Below, piece after piece: positions 8,109 through 16,289 of a stretch of DNA of 50,207 bases. The position numbers were made by a program, and so were the translations under genes. Positions within the stretch are counted from its first letter, which is position 1. Each line of letters begins with the position of its first letter. The DNA is from a virus. Its lineage: Duplodnaviria; Caudoviricetes. Below the pieces are notes generated by a model. The model was not told the DNA's origin. It made no database searches and saw only the letters and a program-made list of their open reading frames with translations. Where the stretch lies: positions 1-50,207 of IMG/VR virus record IMGVR_UViG_3300036817_000496. One strand, 5' to 3'.

Positions 8109-9194
8109 ATGTCTAATCCTTTGCCTAAGGCAATGCCTAAGAGTAAGGCAACTAGCGAGCCTTACCGCAAGGTGAAGATCACCATGTGGGATGACCCAAA
8201 ATTTCGCGCTTTATCGGCTTTACCGCCCAGCGGGCAAAGCCTGTTCATCTATCTGCTTACCAGCCCCTTCACCGGGATTATTCCAGGTCTGTTTAAAGCG
8301 GGCCGGGCAGCAATGGCTGAGGAGCTGGGATGGGAGCAGGAAGCCTTCGACTTAGCCTTAGGCGAAGGCATATCCCTTGGCATGGTGAAAGCCGACCTTA
8401 AAGCCAGAGTTTTCTGGCTGCCTAATGCTGCTGCACATAACCCACCGGCTTCTGTGAATGTAATCAAATCATGGTCCCGGGCATTCGAGTTACTGCCTGA
8501 TTGTGACCTGAAATGGCAGGCGTGGGATTCGCTGCAAGCCACGTGTTACGCGGTCTCCGAGGCTATGGGTAAGGCATATGACATGGCAATGCCTTTGCCT
8601 AAGGATAAGGCTAAGCCTTTGCCATCAGGTATCCAGAAAGCAGTTAACAGTAAACAGATATTAAAACCTAAAAACATTATGTCCGGTGCTGAGAAAGCTC
8701 AGCCCCAGACAAGAGCACCGGTCCCGCCGGAGGAGATTTTTATTTCTCTGCCGCTGGTAGGTGGGGTGACCCACCCGGTCACGCTGGGTTACGTCGCCAG
8801 CAGGGCAGAGCTTTATCCGGCGGTCGATATTCGGCAAGAGCTGAGAAACATGTTTGGCTGGCTGGAAAGCAATCCGAGCAAACGCAAGACGCCAAACGGC
8901 ATCAAGAAATTCATCACAACATGGCTACAGAAGTGCCAGGACAATCCACGAAACAGGCAGGTGACACATGGGCAAAATAATTCGGGCTCCGGCGGTTCAG
9001 CAGCAGACGCAGTTCGTGCTGAGCGACAGCGCAGGGAGCGGGAACAGCCTCAGCGAGACGGAGCGGAGAGCATGGGGGCTGTGGGAGACGCTGGCGAGCG
9101 TGTATGGGAATCGCTGGGTAACGAAGAATGGATTGAGTCCGTCAACGCTATGGATGACGCAGATTTCATCAATGACAGCGGGCCATCTCAGTGA
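8109..9194 (+). CDS. Replication initiator (O-like)
   Basis: N-terminal YRKVKITMWDDPKF...LFIYLLT; C-terminal YPAVDIRQEL...KFITTWL; internal iteron-like repeats. Confidence 0.75.
   Translation: MSNPLPKAMPKSKATSEPYRKVKITMWDDPKFRALSALPPSGQSLFIYLLTSPFTGIIPGLFKAGRAAMAEELGWEQEAFDLALGEGISLGMVKADLKARVFWLPNAAAHNPPASVNVIKSWSRAFELLPDCDLKWQAWDSLQATCYAVSEAMGKAYDMAMPLPKDKAKPLPSGIQKAVNSKQILKPKNIMSGAEKAQPQTRAPVPPEEIFISLPLVGGVTHPVTLGYVASRAELYPAVDIRQELRNMFGWLESNPSKRKTPNGIKKFITTWLQKCQDNPRNRQVTHGQNNSGSGGSAADAVRAERQRREREQPQRDGAESMGAVGDAGERVWESLGNEEWIESVNAMDDADFINDSGPSQ
8560..8680. promoter_or_regulatory. Probable replication origin inside initiator gene
   Basis: Clustered TAAGG / GCCTTTGCC repeats at 8560-8625 followed by an AT-rich tract at about 8640-8680. 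Confidence 0.5.
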
Positions 9195-9633
9195 CGTGTG
9201 TTCCCGCCTTGTCGAGCAGTGTACGGCAGGTAACTCCTGGCCGCCGGATCTGGCTGAGTTCATCGCACTGGCTGCGCAGTGTTCTGGCGGTGCCTTTGGC
9301 CTTAATGCTGCTGACGTTATCGCGGAATACAAGCGCTGGAAGAGTGAGGGGTGGAAGTACAGTTCCTCGGAGGAATTTAACTGGAGGCACCAGGTGCTTT
9401 ACCACATCTGCGTAGAGATGCGCCGGGAGTGTGTGGAGCGCCGACTTTCGCAGAGGGATATGGACAAACTCGCCGCGCTCAAGCTGACCCGATGGGAAAA
9501 GAAGGTTGCAGCAGGCTATTCGGTTCCACCAATCCGGAAACGTATTGCGTCGAAAGCGGAACCCGGTGCACCGACGCCAGCACAGAAACTGCATGAGGAG
9601 TATTTGAGACGAAAGGCAGCAGGAAAAATTTAA
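8968..9633 (+). CDS. Replication protein P-like
   Basis: AWGLWE...YGNRW...NG and SWPPDLAEFI motifs; follows initiator; GGTGA RBS. Confidence 0.65.
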   Translation: MGKIIRAPAVQQQTQFVLSDSAGSGNSLSETERRAWGLWETLASVYGNRWVTKNGLSPSTLWMTQISSMTAGHLSDVCSRLVEQCTAGNSWPPDLAEFIALAAQCSGGAFGLNAADVIAEYKRWKSEGWKYSSSEEFNWRHQVLYHICVEMRRECVERRLSQRDMDKLAALKLTRWEKKVAAGYSVPPIRKRIASKAEPGAPTPAQKLHEEYLRRKAAGKI

Positions 9634-9635
9634 CC

Positions 9636-9657
9636 AATCGAGTTCTGACCAATGACC
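9636..9657 (+). repeat. Early-operon motif, copy 4 (AATCGAGTTCTGACCAATGACC)
   Basis: 20/22 identical to copy 1. Confidence 0.85.
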
Positions 9658-9668
9658 AAGGATAAACC

Positions 9669-9965
9669 ATGAGCAAAAAAATTAAGCAGGCAACGCCAAC
9701 GGGGCGGGAGCTGGTCGAGGCGTATATCCGCCAGCACGAAGGGTGCACGCATACAGAAATCACCAAAGCGGTGAAAATTAGCACCATCACAGTGGGTTCG
9801 GCGTTATCTCTGCTGAAGCGTGCGCGAGTTATCGAAAGCCGCGGCGTTCTGGGCCAGATGACGTATCACATCATTCCACCAGCAGCGGACACAAACGAAC
9901 CGGTGTTTGGACTGAGCCCGAACATGGCGCTGCTAAACCGCTTACTCGCCGAGGTGCGCGCATGA
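9669..9965 (+). CDS. Phage winged-helix protein
   Basis: YIRQHEGCTHTEIT...VGSALSLL HTH-like; AAGGA RBS. Confidence 0.6.
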   Translation: MSKKIKQATPTGRELVEAYIRQHEGCTHTEITKAVKISTITVGSALSLLKRARVIESRGVLGQMTYHIIPPAADTNEPVFGLSPNMALLNRLLAEVRA

Positions 9966-10387
9966 ACAGAACAACCGAAGAACTGGCGGGCGCCATGTTC
10001 ACGCTTAACTTAATCATCGAAATCCTCGGCCATTCAGAAACACTCAGCGTGTCAGAGCAGGTAGCGGCGCTGAAGAGGAAGTGTGACTCGCTGGCTGCTG
10101 AAAGTGGGCAGATGCTGCGCCTGCTGACGGATATCAGCGAGAACCACGTTGAATATTACTCAGAAGGCGAAGACGGCATGTTTGCCGGCGTACCACTGGA
10201 TTACGTTTCTGAAATCAACATGTACGTTTCCCGTGATGTGAATGCTGAAAACCCATTTAAAGCCACCGACGCCGCGCTGGCAGAGATACAAGCGCAGGGT
10301 GTGGAGAAATTTGCAGAAAGTTACCCATCAGCCGGTATTGCTGCGCTGGCGTTCGCCGCCGAGCTGCGCAAGGAGTCAGGCAAATGA
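9962..10387 (+). CDS. Hypothetical phage protein (ead/nin-like region)
   Basis: ATGA overlap; C-terminal ATDAALAEIQAQGVEKFA typical of these mosaic genes. Confidence 0.65.
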   Translation: MNRTTEELAGAMFTLNLIIEILGHSETLSVSEQVAALKRKCDSLAAESGQMLRLLTDISENHVEYYSEGEDGMFAGVPLDYVSEINMYVSRDVNAENPFKATDAALAEIQAQGVEKFAESYPSAGIAALAFAAELRKESGK

Positions 10388-10896
10388 GCAATAACACAGA
10401 AGCACGCAAAGGAAATAAGTCTCTCTATACAGTGATCAAAACCAGAGAAAGCCATACCGATTATTGCCGTGGCTGTGTCATGGGCTCAAGTAGCAGCGAG
10501 TTTGAAATGGTCACTACCGATGAACTCAACACTGCTATTAGCTATGCCACGCAATATATCGCCTCTGGCCTGGCCCTTCGCGATGAATACTTGACCAATG
10601 ACTGGCTTAGCTATGGAGATACCGAGGTAATCGTGCTGGTCAATGGCTGGGGCGTGCATGGTGACATGGCTTTTGATAGTGACATTTACGACCAGATCCC
10701 AATTAGTTGGGAAACAGAACGCAAACTCATTTTAGAAGAAGCTCAGCGCCTTGCAGAAGAACAGGTTTTTTCGAGGAAAGAAGAAAAACGCCTCGCGGTA
10801 CACAAGAAAGAGCGTGAGAACCAAGAAGCAGCCGAACGACGAGAGCGCGCTCGGCTGGCCGAATTAAAAGCCAAATACGAAGGAGGCCAGCGATGA
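10384..10896 (+). CDS. Hypothetical phage protein
   Basis: ATGA overlap, AAGGAG RBS. Confidence 0.65.
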   Translation: MSNNTEARKGNKSLYTVIKTRESHTDYCRGCVMGSSSSEFEMVTTDELNTAISYATQYIASGLALRDEYLTNDWLSYGDTEVIVLVNGWGVHGDMAFDSDIYDQIPISWETERKLILEEAQRLAEEQVFSRKEEKRLAVHKKERENQEAAERRERARLAELKAKYEGGQR

Positions 10897-11249
10897 GCAA
10901 TAACACCGAAGCGCTGACAAAGCGCGAAAAGAAACTTCTGAGCACTGCCGTGGTTTATGGCTGGGAAATTGAAGTATGGGAAGGCAAAAAAACCGGTTAT
11001 TGGGATGCAGACAAAATCATGCCGGTAAAGGTCGGGCCGATCGTCCGCTCTTTGCTAGAGAAGGGGTATCTGGAACATCTTGACCCGCTTAGATATATCT
11101 CGTTTATACGTGCAACAGAGAAAGCTAAGGCGCTGAAATGCCGTAATCATGGCTGCTCTTCAGGCCGTATTTATAACGACGCAGGAAAGCTCACTTGCAA
11201 CTGTCCGTGCTGCGAATTTGGAATTTTACCGGAGGCCAGCAATGACTAA
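10893..11249 (+). CDS. Hypothetical phage protein with C-terminal Cys cluster
   Basis: ATGA overlap, GGAGG RBS, CRNHGC...CNCPCC. Confidence 0.65.
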   Translation: MSNNTEALTKREKKLLSTAVVYGWEIEVWEGKKTGYWDADKIMPVKVGPIVRSLLEKGYLEHLDPLRYISFIRATEKAKALKCRNHGCSSGRIYNDAGKLTCNCPCCEFGILPEASND

Positions 11250-11550
11250 ACAACTGCGTTTTTACGGCGGCAGCGATGACATTTTTGAAGTAGAGGGCGC
11301 TATCCGTGAAGAGATTGGCTGCGCATCGGAGCCGGGGGTTTACCACCTTAAATCATCTGAAGGCGAAATGCTGGTTGTCGCCCACTATCTTCGTAACGGT
11401 TGTTGGTCTATCGGCATTGCGCAGGTTGATGAAGAAATTCCGGTGCCGAAATGGCCGGTTTCATTCAGCCTGGCGCACACCTATAGCGTGATGCTGACCA
11501 TCGAAGCCCCTGACGATATTCATTTAGTGACTGGTGAAGATGATGACTAA
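11242..11550 (+). CDS. Hypothetical phage protein (MTKQLRFYGGSDD...)
   Basis: GGAGG RBS before ATG at 11242. Confidence 0.65.
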   Translation: MTKQLRFYGGSDDIFEVEGAIREEIGCASEPGVYHLKSSEGEMLVVAHYLRNGCWSIGIAQVDEEIPVPKWPVSFSLAHTYSVMLTIEAPDDIHLVTGEDDD

Positions 11551-11938
11551 CTCACTCGAGGCGCTGATTGCCAGCATTAAGCCGGAGCTGAAAATTGCTC
11601 TCGATAAAACCCAAAAGCAATCTGACGCACTGTTAGCGATAGATAGACTTTCTGACTTGCTCACGCTTCCAGCAGTAGATTCACTGATAGCGGCGCTGGA
11701 GCAGGCGCAGACAGAACGAGATGACCTAAAAGCGCTTAATCAACATTTAGATTTATCTATTCGACAAGCTGAAGGAGTCAACGCGTCCATTAGAAGGCGA
11801 ATCGCTGAGCTGGAGGCCAGCCAGTTATCCGTGAGGCTGCCCCAAGAATTTATAGAGCTGTACGGGGAAAAGTTTTACCGGCGCAAAGATATTGAGGAAT
11901 CAGTCCGCGCAGCTGGCGGCACCGTGGGGAGTGAGTGA
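11540..11938 (+). CDS. Ead/Ea22-like coiled-coil protein
   Basis: LIAALEQAQ...RRIAELEA...VRLP pattern. Confidence 0.55.
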   Translation: MMTNSLEALIASIKPELKIALDKTQKQSDALLAIDRLSDLLTLPAVDSLIAALEQAQTERDDLKALNQHLDLSIRQAEGVNASIRRRIAELEASQLSVRLPQEFIELYGEKFYRRKDIEESVRAAGGTVGSE

Positions 11939-11939
11939 G

Positions 11940-12356
11940 ATGGCTATCACAAAGAAACAGCGCGCAGAGTTGCGTATGAAATTTGGCGGTCGCTGCGCTT
12001 ATTGCGGGTGTGAACTACCGGAAAAGGGATGGCACGCAGATCATGTTGAGGCCGCATTACGCAAGTGGGAATTTGGCGAACGCCAGCCGAATGGGACGCG
12101 CCGCACAGTTGCTACCGGTGAATTCTGGAAGCCGGAGAACGACGCACAGGATAACCTCTTTCCAGCATGTGCGCCGTGCAATTTGTTCAAGGCTACATTC
12201 AGCGTAGCCCTGTTCCGGCAAGAGATAGCCAACCAAGTTGCGCGAGCCCGCGCATATAGCGTCAATTTCCGCACAGCAGAGCGTTTCGGCCTGATTGAGG
12301 CAGTTGATAAGCCGGTAGTGTTCTGGTTCGAACACTATCAACAGGAGGCTTTATGA
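11940..12356 (+). CDS. HNH endonuclease
   Basis: GRCAYCG...WHADH...NLFPACAPCNLFK. Confidence 0.85.
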   Translation: MAITKKQRAELRMKFGGRCAYCGCELPEKGWHADHVEAALRKWEFGERQPNGTRRTVATGEFWKPENDAQDNLFPACAPCNLFKATFSVALFRQEIANQVARARAYSVNFRTAERFGLIEAVDKPVVFWFEHYQQEAL

Positions 12357-12679
12357 CAACAACAAACCTGAGCAATGAGCACCTGCAAAAAATTCACGAT
12401 GAAACGTTGGTGTTTATCGAGTCAAAGTCTTTTTGTTCTGATCCTGCATCGGCATCAATGGAAATTAAAGCCGGTATTGTTGCCGATGTCATCGGCGAGC
12501 TACTGGCACTGCGGGAAGCTGCGGAGAAGCCCATCGGGTGGACAGACGCAGAGGAATTACGCGATGTAGAGAAAGACGGTTGTGGCTATTTGTTCACAGT
12601 TAACCCGATCACGCCTCATTCTGACCCTCGCCGCGTCATTAAGCTCTACGCCGCCCCGCAACTCCCTAACGCCCGATGA
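12353..12679 (+). CDS. Hypothetical phage protein (Eaa-like mosaic)
   Basis: ELLALREAAEKPIGW...LYAAPQ; GGAGG RBS. Confidence 0.6.
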   Translation: MTTTNLSNEHLQKIHDETLVFIESKSFCSDPASASMEIKAGIVADVIGELLALREAAEKPIGWTDAEELRDVEKDGCGYLFTVNPITPHSDPRRVIKLYAAPQLPNAR

Positions 12680-12740
12680 GGTTCTGGTAAGGGCTAATAT
12701 ACCGGAACTGTGCAGCAGGAAAATTTTAGCAGCGTAATCA

Positions 12741-12762
12741 AAGGGCCATAGTGGCCCTTTTT
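12741..12762 (+). terminator. Intrinsic terminator upstream of the SOS promoter
   Basis: AAGGGCCA-tag-TGGCCCTT followed by T-tract. Confidence 0.7.
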
Positions 12763-12789
12763 CTATTGGCAAAAGGTGCTCTTAATACG

Positions 12790-12846
12790 TTGATCAATTC
12801 CAGCTTTGGGTGTACTGTTTAAAAATACAGTTGTATGCATATACAG
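12790..12846 (+). promoter_or_regulatory. SOS promoter with tandem LexA boxes
   Basis: TTGATC -17 bp- TACTGT; CTGTTTAAAAATACAG at 12815-12830 and TTGTATGCATATACAG at 12831-12846. Confidence 0.85.
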
Positions 12847-12881
12847 TATAAAATATTCCCGCAAAGCATGGAGATACGATA

Positions 12882-14006
12882 ATGGCTATAGAGAAAAAGA
12901 AGTCCGTTATTCCTGATAATGCGAAGCCAGTCACCAAAGAAGCGAAGGCGAAAGCGCTGGAAGCAGCGATAGGCCAAATCGAAAAAGCATTTGGAAAAGG
13001 TGCCATCATGCGGCTTGGCGCGAACACTCATCTGAACGTCGAAACTATTTCAACGGGTTCGCTGGGGGTTGATGTTGCCCTCGGCGGTGGGCTGCCGATT
13101 GGCCGCATTGTCGAAATTTACGGACACGAATCATCCGGTAAAACTACCGTTGCTTTATCCGTCATTGCAGCAGCGCAGAGAGAGGGCAAGCAATGCGCCT
13201 TCATTGATGCTGAGCATGCGCTAGACCCTCGTTATGCGCAGGCGCTGGGTGTTGATATCGATGGTTTATTGATATCCCAGCCGGATACGGGAGAACAGGC
13301 GCTGGAAATTACCGAGGCCCTGGTCCGCTCCGGAGCAGTTAGCGTGATTGTGGTTGATTCCGTGGCGGCACTGACCCCCAAAGCAGAGATAGAAGGGGAG
13401 ATAGGCGATGCCCACATGGGCTTGCAGGCCCGCATGATGAGCCAGGCAATGCGAAAACTTGCTGCGGCGATAGGAAACTCCAAATCCATGGTGATTTTCA
13501 TCAATCAGATCCGAATGAAAATTGGGGTTATGTTTGGAAATCCTGAGACGACCTCCGGCGGCAACGCGCTGAAGTTTTACGCCTCCGTTCGTCTCGAAGT
13601 CAGAGGTACAAACATCAAGGAAGGCGATCAGGTAACGGGTAAGGATACCCGGATTAAAGTGGTAAAAAATAAAGTCGCACCTCCGTTCCGGCAGGCCAGT
13701 TTCCGGCTGATGTTCGGCAAGGGAATTTCGCATTACGACGAGGTGCTGGATTTTGGCGTGCAGCTAAAAATTATCAATAAAGTGGGCGCGTGGTATGACT
13801 ACGGCGGAGAGAAGATAGGGCAGGGCCGGGCTAACGCTGTTATCTGGCTTGAAAGCCATCTGGATATTGCAGCAGACATTGAGAAGCAAATCCGCGAAAC
13901 CCTCCTGAGCGGAGAAAATGACCTGGTGAGCATGCATGCGTTGCCAGATGAAGAGCCGGAAGAACCTGAAAATCCGGAAGCTGTGGAAATTTCAGAACAC
14001 GAGTGA
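12882..14006 (+). CDS. recA: Prophage-encoded RecA recombinase
   Basis: [71 protein letters not shown]. Confidence 0.97.
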   Translation: MAIEKKKSVIPDNAKPVTKEAKAKALEAAIGQIEKAFGKGAIMRLGANTHLNVETISTGSLGVDVALGGGLPIGRIVEIYGHESSGKTTVALSVIAAAQREGKQCAFIDAEHALDPRYAQALGVDIDGLLISQPDTGEQALEITEALVRSGAVSVIVVDSVAALTPKAEIEGEIGDAHMGLQARMMSQAMRKLAAAIGNSKSMVIFINQIRMKIGVMFGNPETTSGGNALKFYASVRLEVRGTNIKEGDQVTGKDTRIKVVKNKVAPPFRQASFRLMFGKGISHYDEVLDFGVQLKIINKVGAWYDYGGEKIGQGRANAVIWLESHLDIAADIEKQIRETLLSGENDLVSMHALPDEEPEEPENPEAVEISEHE

Positions 14007-14046
14007 TCCGTGCTGACAGAAAAAAAGAACAAGTTGAGGAGGGGGC

Positions 14047-14280
14047 ATGGAGGAATTACCAGATACAGGGTTTGCGTTGGTCCGTTGTACGGACCGCGCA
14101 GTGGTCGCCTATTTTGAGAACTTTCCGGCGTGCGACCGCGCCCTGATGTATCGCAAAGGAAGCGAGTATTCTTTCATGCCACTGGAAGACGATGACATTG
14201 TAGGAAAGCCCTCGTTATTTACTGAAATGCTGGAGAGGGCAGGCTTTAGACGTGCTCCACCCTCTGATATTATCAATTAG
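14047..14280 (+). CDS. Small phage protein in SOS-controlled operon
   Basis: Strong RBS GAGGAGG; directly after recA. Confidence 0.7.
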   Translation: MEELPDTGFALVRCTDRAVVAYFENFPACDRALMYRKGSEYSFMPLEDDDIVGKPSLFTEMLERAGFRRAPPSDIIN

Positions 14281-14332
14281 CTGGCCTGAACAACCAGCAA
14301 CCTGCTGCGCCACGGGAGAACACCATGGCGCA
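14245..14332 (+). promoter_or_regulatory. Putative internal promoter and two-hairpin leader occluding the start codon
   Basis: TTTAGA -17 bp- TATTAT; GCTGG/CCAGC hairpin; TGCGCCA (14306) / TGGCGCA (14326) stem enclosing GGAG and ATG. Confidence 0.55.
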
Positions 14333-14726
14333 AACAACAAACGAAAAACTACAAGCGATCGGCGGCCCTGGTGGCCGTGCTGGTCATTTGTCTCATACCG
14401 ACAAAATCAAATCCCTCACCCTGAGGCAACGGGAGGTTTATGACCTCCTGGTGAACTACGCACGCACTCACGGCTACCCGCCCAGCTGCCTGGAACTTGC
14501 TGACCTGATCGGCGTCAGTTCCCCTAATGCTGCCGCTGAGCACATCCGGGCATTGCACCGCAAAGGCGTCATTACGGTAGCCCGCGGTGTTTCCCGTGGC
14601 ATCACAATTAATGAACCACCGGCGGCGAATACTGCCGTACTGCTGCTGCGCGAGCTGGTGGACGAAGTGCCTGGCGCACGTCAGCGAGCTATCGATTATC
14701 TGGCGCGTGCCGGGGTGCCATTGTGA
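14325..14726 (+). CDS. LexA-like DNA-binding-domain protein without peptidase domain
   Basis: LTLRQREVYDLL...GYPPSCLELADLIGVSSPNAAAEHIRALHRKGVI...GVSRGI aligns with the LexA N-terminal domain. Confidence 0.85.
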   Translation: MAQTTNEKLQAIGGPGGRAGHLSHTDKIKSLTLRQREVYDLLVNYARTHGYPPSCLELADLIGVSSPNAAAEHIRALHRKGVITVARGVSRGITINEPPAANTAVLLLRELVDEVPGARQRAIDYLARAGVPL

Positions 14727-14929
14727 AAATGGGATGGTTTCAGCACGATAATTTGACGGAAGCCGAGGCGAGCGAGCTGGTCGAGCGCTACAACGCGAAT
14801 CGGATCAGAACAGAGAAAAGTCTGTCCGCTGATTTCAAGTCCTGGACGGTCAGCGCGCTGCTGCCGGAATCGGCCCGCCCTCCAAGAACTGAAAGAACGT
14901 GGCAGCCACGGTTCTGGAGGGATGCATGA
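14723..14929 (+). CDS. Hypothetical phage protein
   Basis: GTGA overlap; WFQH...ELVERY...KSLSAD...WTVSALLP. Confidence 0.65.
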   Translation: MKMGWFQHDNLTEAEASELVERYNANRIRTEKSLSADFKSWTVSALLPESARPPRTERTWQPRFWRDA

Positions 14930-15285
14930 AAGAATACAGCATCACTCCGATGGGCAAGCCCCGAATGACACGAGCTGACCGCTGGAAAAAACGGCCTGAG
15001 GTAATGCGTTACCGTGCGTTCTGCGATGAAGTACGCCTGCACAAAGTCCAGCTCCCTGAATCGGATTTTCACGTCACTTTTATCATTCCTATGCCGCCGA
15101 GCTGGAGCAAGGAAAAGCGCCAGCAGTTTAACGGCCAGCCGCACCAGTCCAAACCAGACATGGATAACCTGATGAAGGCTCTGATGGATGCCATCTATGA
15201 AGATGATGCCCATATCTGGGACGGCCGCATAACTAAGCGGTGGGGTGAAACCGGGCGGATCGTTATTCGGGAGGATGCGGCATGA
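14926..15285 (+). CDS. rusA: RusA-family Holliday junction resolvase
   Basis: PMGKPRMT, KPDMDNLMKALMDA, EDDAHIWD. Confidence 0.85.
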   Translation: MKEYSITPMGKPRMTRADRWKKRPEVMRYRAFCDEVRLHKVQLPESDFHVTFIIPMPPSWSKEKRQQFNGQPHQSKPDMDNLMKALMDAIYEDDAHIWDGRITKRWGETGRIVIREDAA

Positions 15286-16274
15286 TGAGAGCATTGCTTA
15301 AACCCGTAATAGTGCGTGAGCTCGGTGTTGTAATGCTGCGCCCGGGGCCGGAACTGCTATCTCTTTTTTATGATCGGGTGCTGATTAGCCGCGCTCCGGA
15401 GTATATGACCGATCTGCCATCAGGCGAGCTTCCTCCGGCGCGCCAGACGCTAACTGATGATGATGTGCTGGCCGAATTTTTCCTGAATGAAAAAGTCATT
15501 AGTGCCGCAGGCGGTATTAATGGCCTCGAATCCTGGCTGATGCGCCAGCCTTTCGGCTGCCAGTGGCCGCACTCCGACTATCACCACCACGAACTGAGAA
15601 CAACCCGTATTGACGCCGGCGCGCTGAAGCTTTGCTGGCACTGCGATTCAAGAAACGAAGGCCATTATACCGACCAGCTGGCGCTGCTGGCCCGGGCAAA
15701 CATTGCCGTCTGGGTTATCGACTCTGCACGGCGCTCGCTGGGGTTCGATGAAAGCCATGTTGTGACACTGCCGGAAATTTGCTGGTGGGCGACAAAAATG
15801 GACGTGGTTGATGCCCTGCCGGAAGGCATGGCCCGGCGCGCGCTTCGTATGCCGCAGGTCGTAGTGCGTTCGGTTACCCGTGAATGCGACATCACACCAG
15901 AACTACCGGCCACCAGCATTGTTCAGGAAAAAGCAAAGAAAGTGCTGACGCTGAAAGTTGACCCGGAAAGCCCTGAATCATTCATGAAGCGCCCGAAGTT
16001 CCGCCGCTGGACGAACGAGAAGTACACCCGCTGGGTTAAGCAGCAGACGTGCGTATGTTGCAATCAGCAGGCTGACGACCCGCACCACATAACCGGGATG
16101 GGGCTCAGCGGTATGGGCACAAAAGCGCATGATCTGTTTGTCATCCCCCTTTGCAGAAGGCATCACGACGAGCTGCACGCTGATACCACGGCTTTTGAAA
16201 AAAAATACGGCACGCAGGCCGAACTGCTGTTGAAGACATTAAACCGATCGCTCGCCATCGGCGTGCTGGCATAA
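15282..16274 (+). CDS. DUF968-family phage protein (C-terminal HNH-like)
   Basis: CQWPHSDYHH, LCWHCD, CVCC...DDPHH...PLCRRHHDELH; usual position before Q. Confidence 0.8.
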   Translation: MMRALLKPVIVRELGVVMLRPGPELLSLFYDRVLISRAPEYMTDLPSGELPPARQTLTDDDVLAEFFLNEKVISAAGGINGLESWLMRQPFGCQWPHSDYHHHELRTTRIDAGALKLCWHCDSRNEGHYTDQLALLARANIAVWVIDSARRSLGFDESHVVTLPEICWWATKMDVVDALPEGMARRALRMPQVVVRSVTRECDITPELPATSIVQEKAKKVLTLKVDPESPESFMKRPKFRRWTNEKYTRWVKQQTCVCCNQQADDPHHITGMGLSGMGTKAHDLFVIPLCRRHHDELHADTTAFEKKYGTQAELLLKTLNRSLAIGVLA

Positions 16275-16289
16275 CTGGAGTAAAACAAT

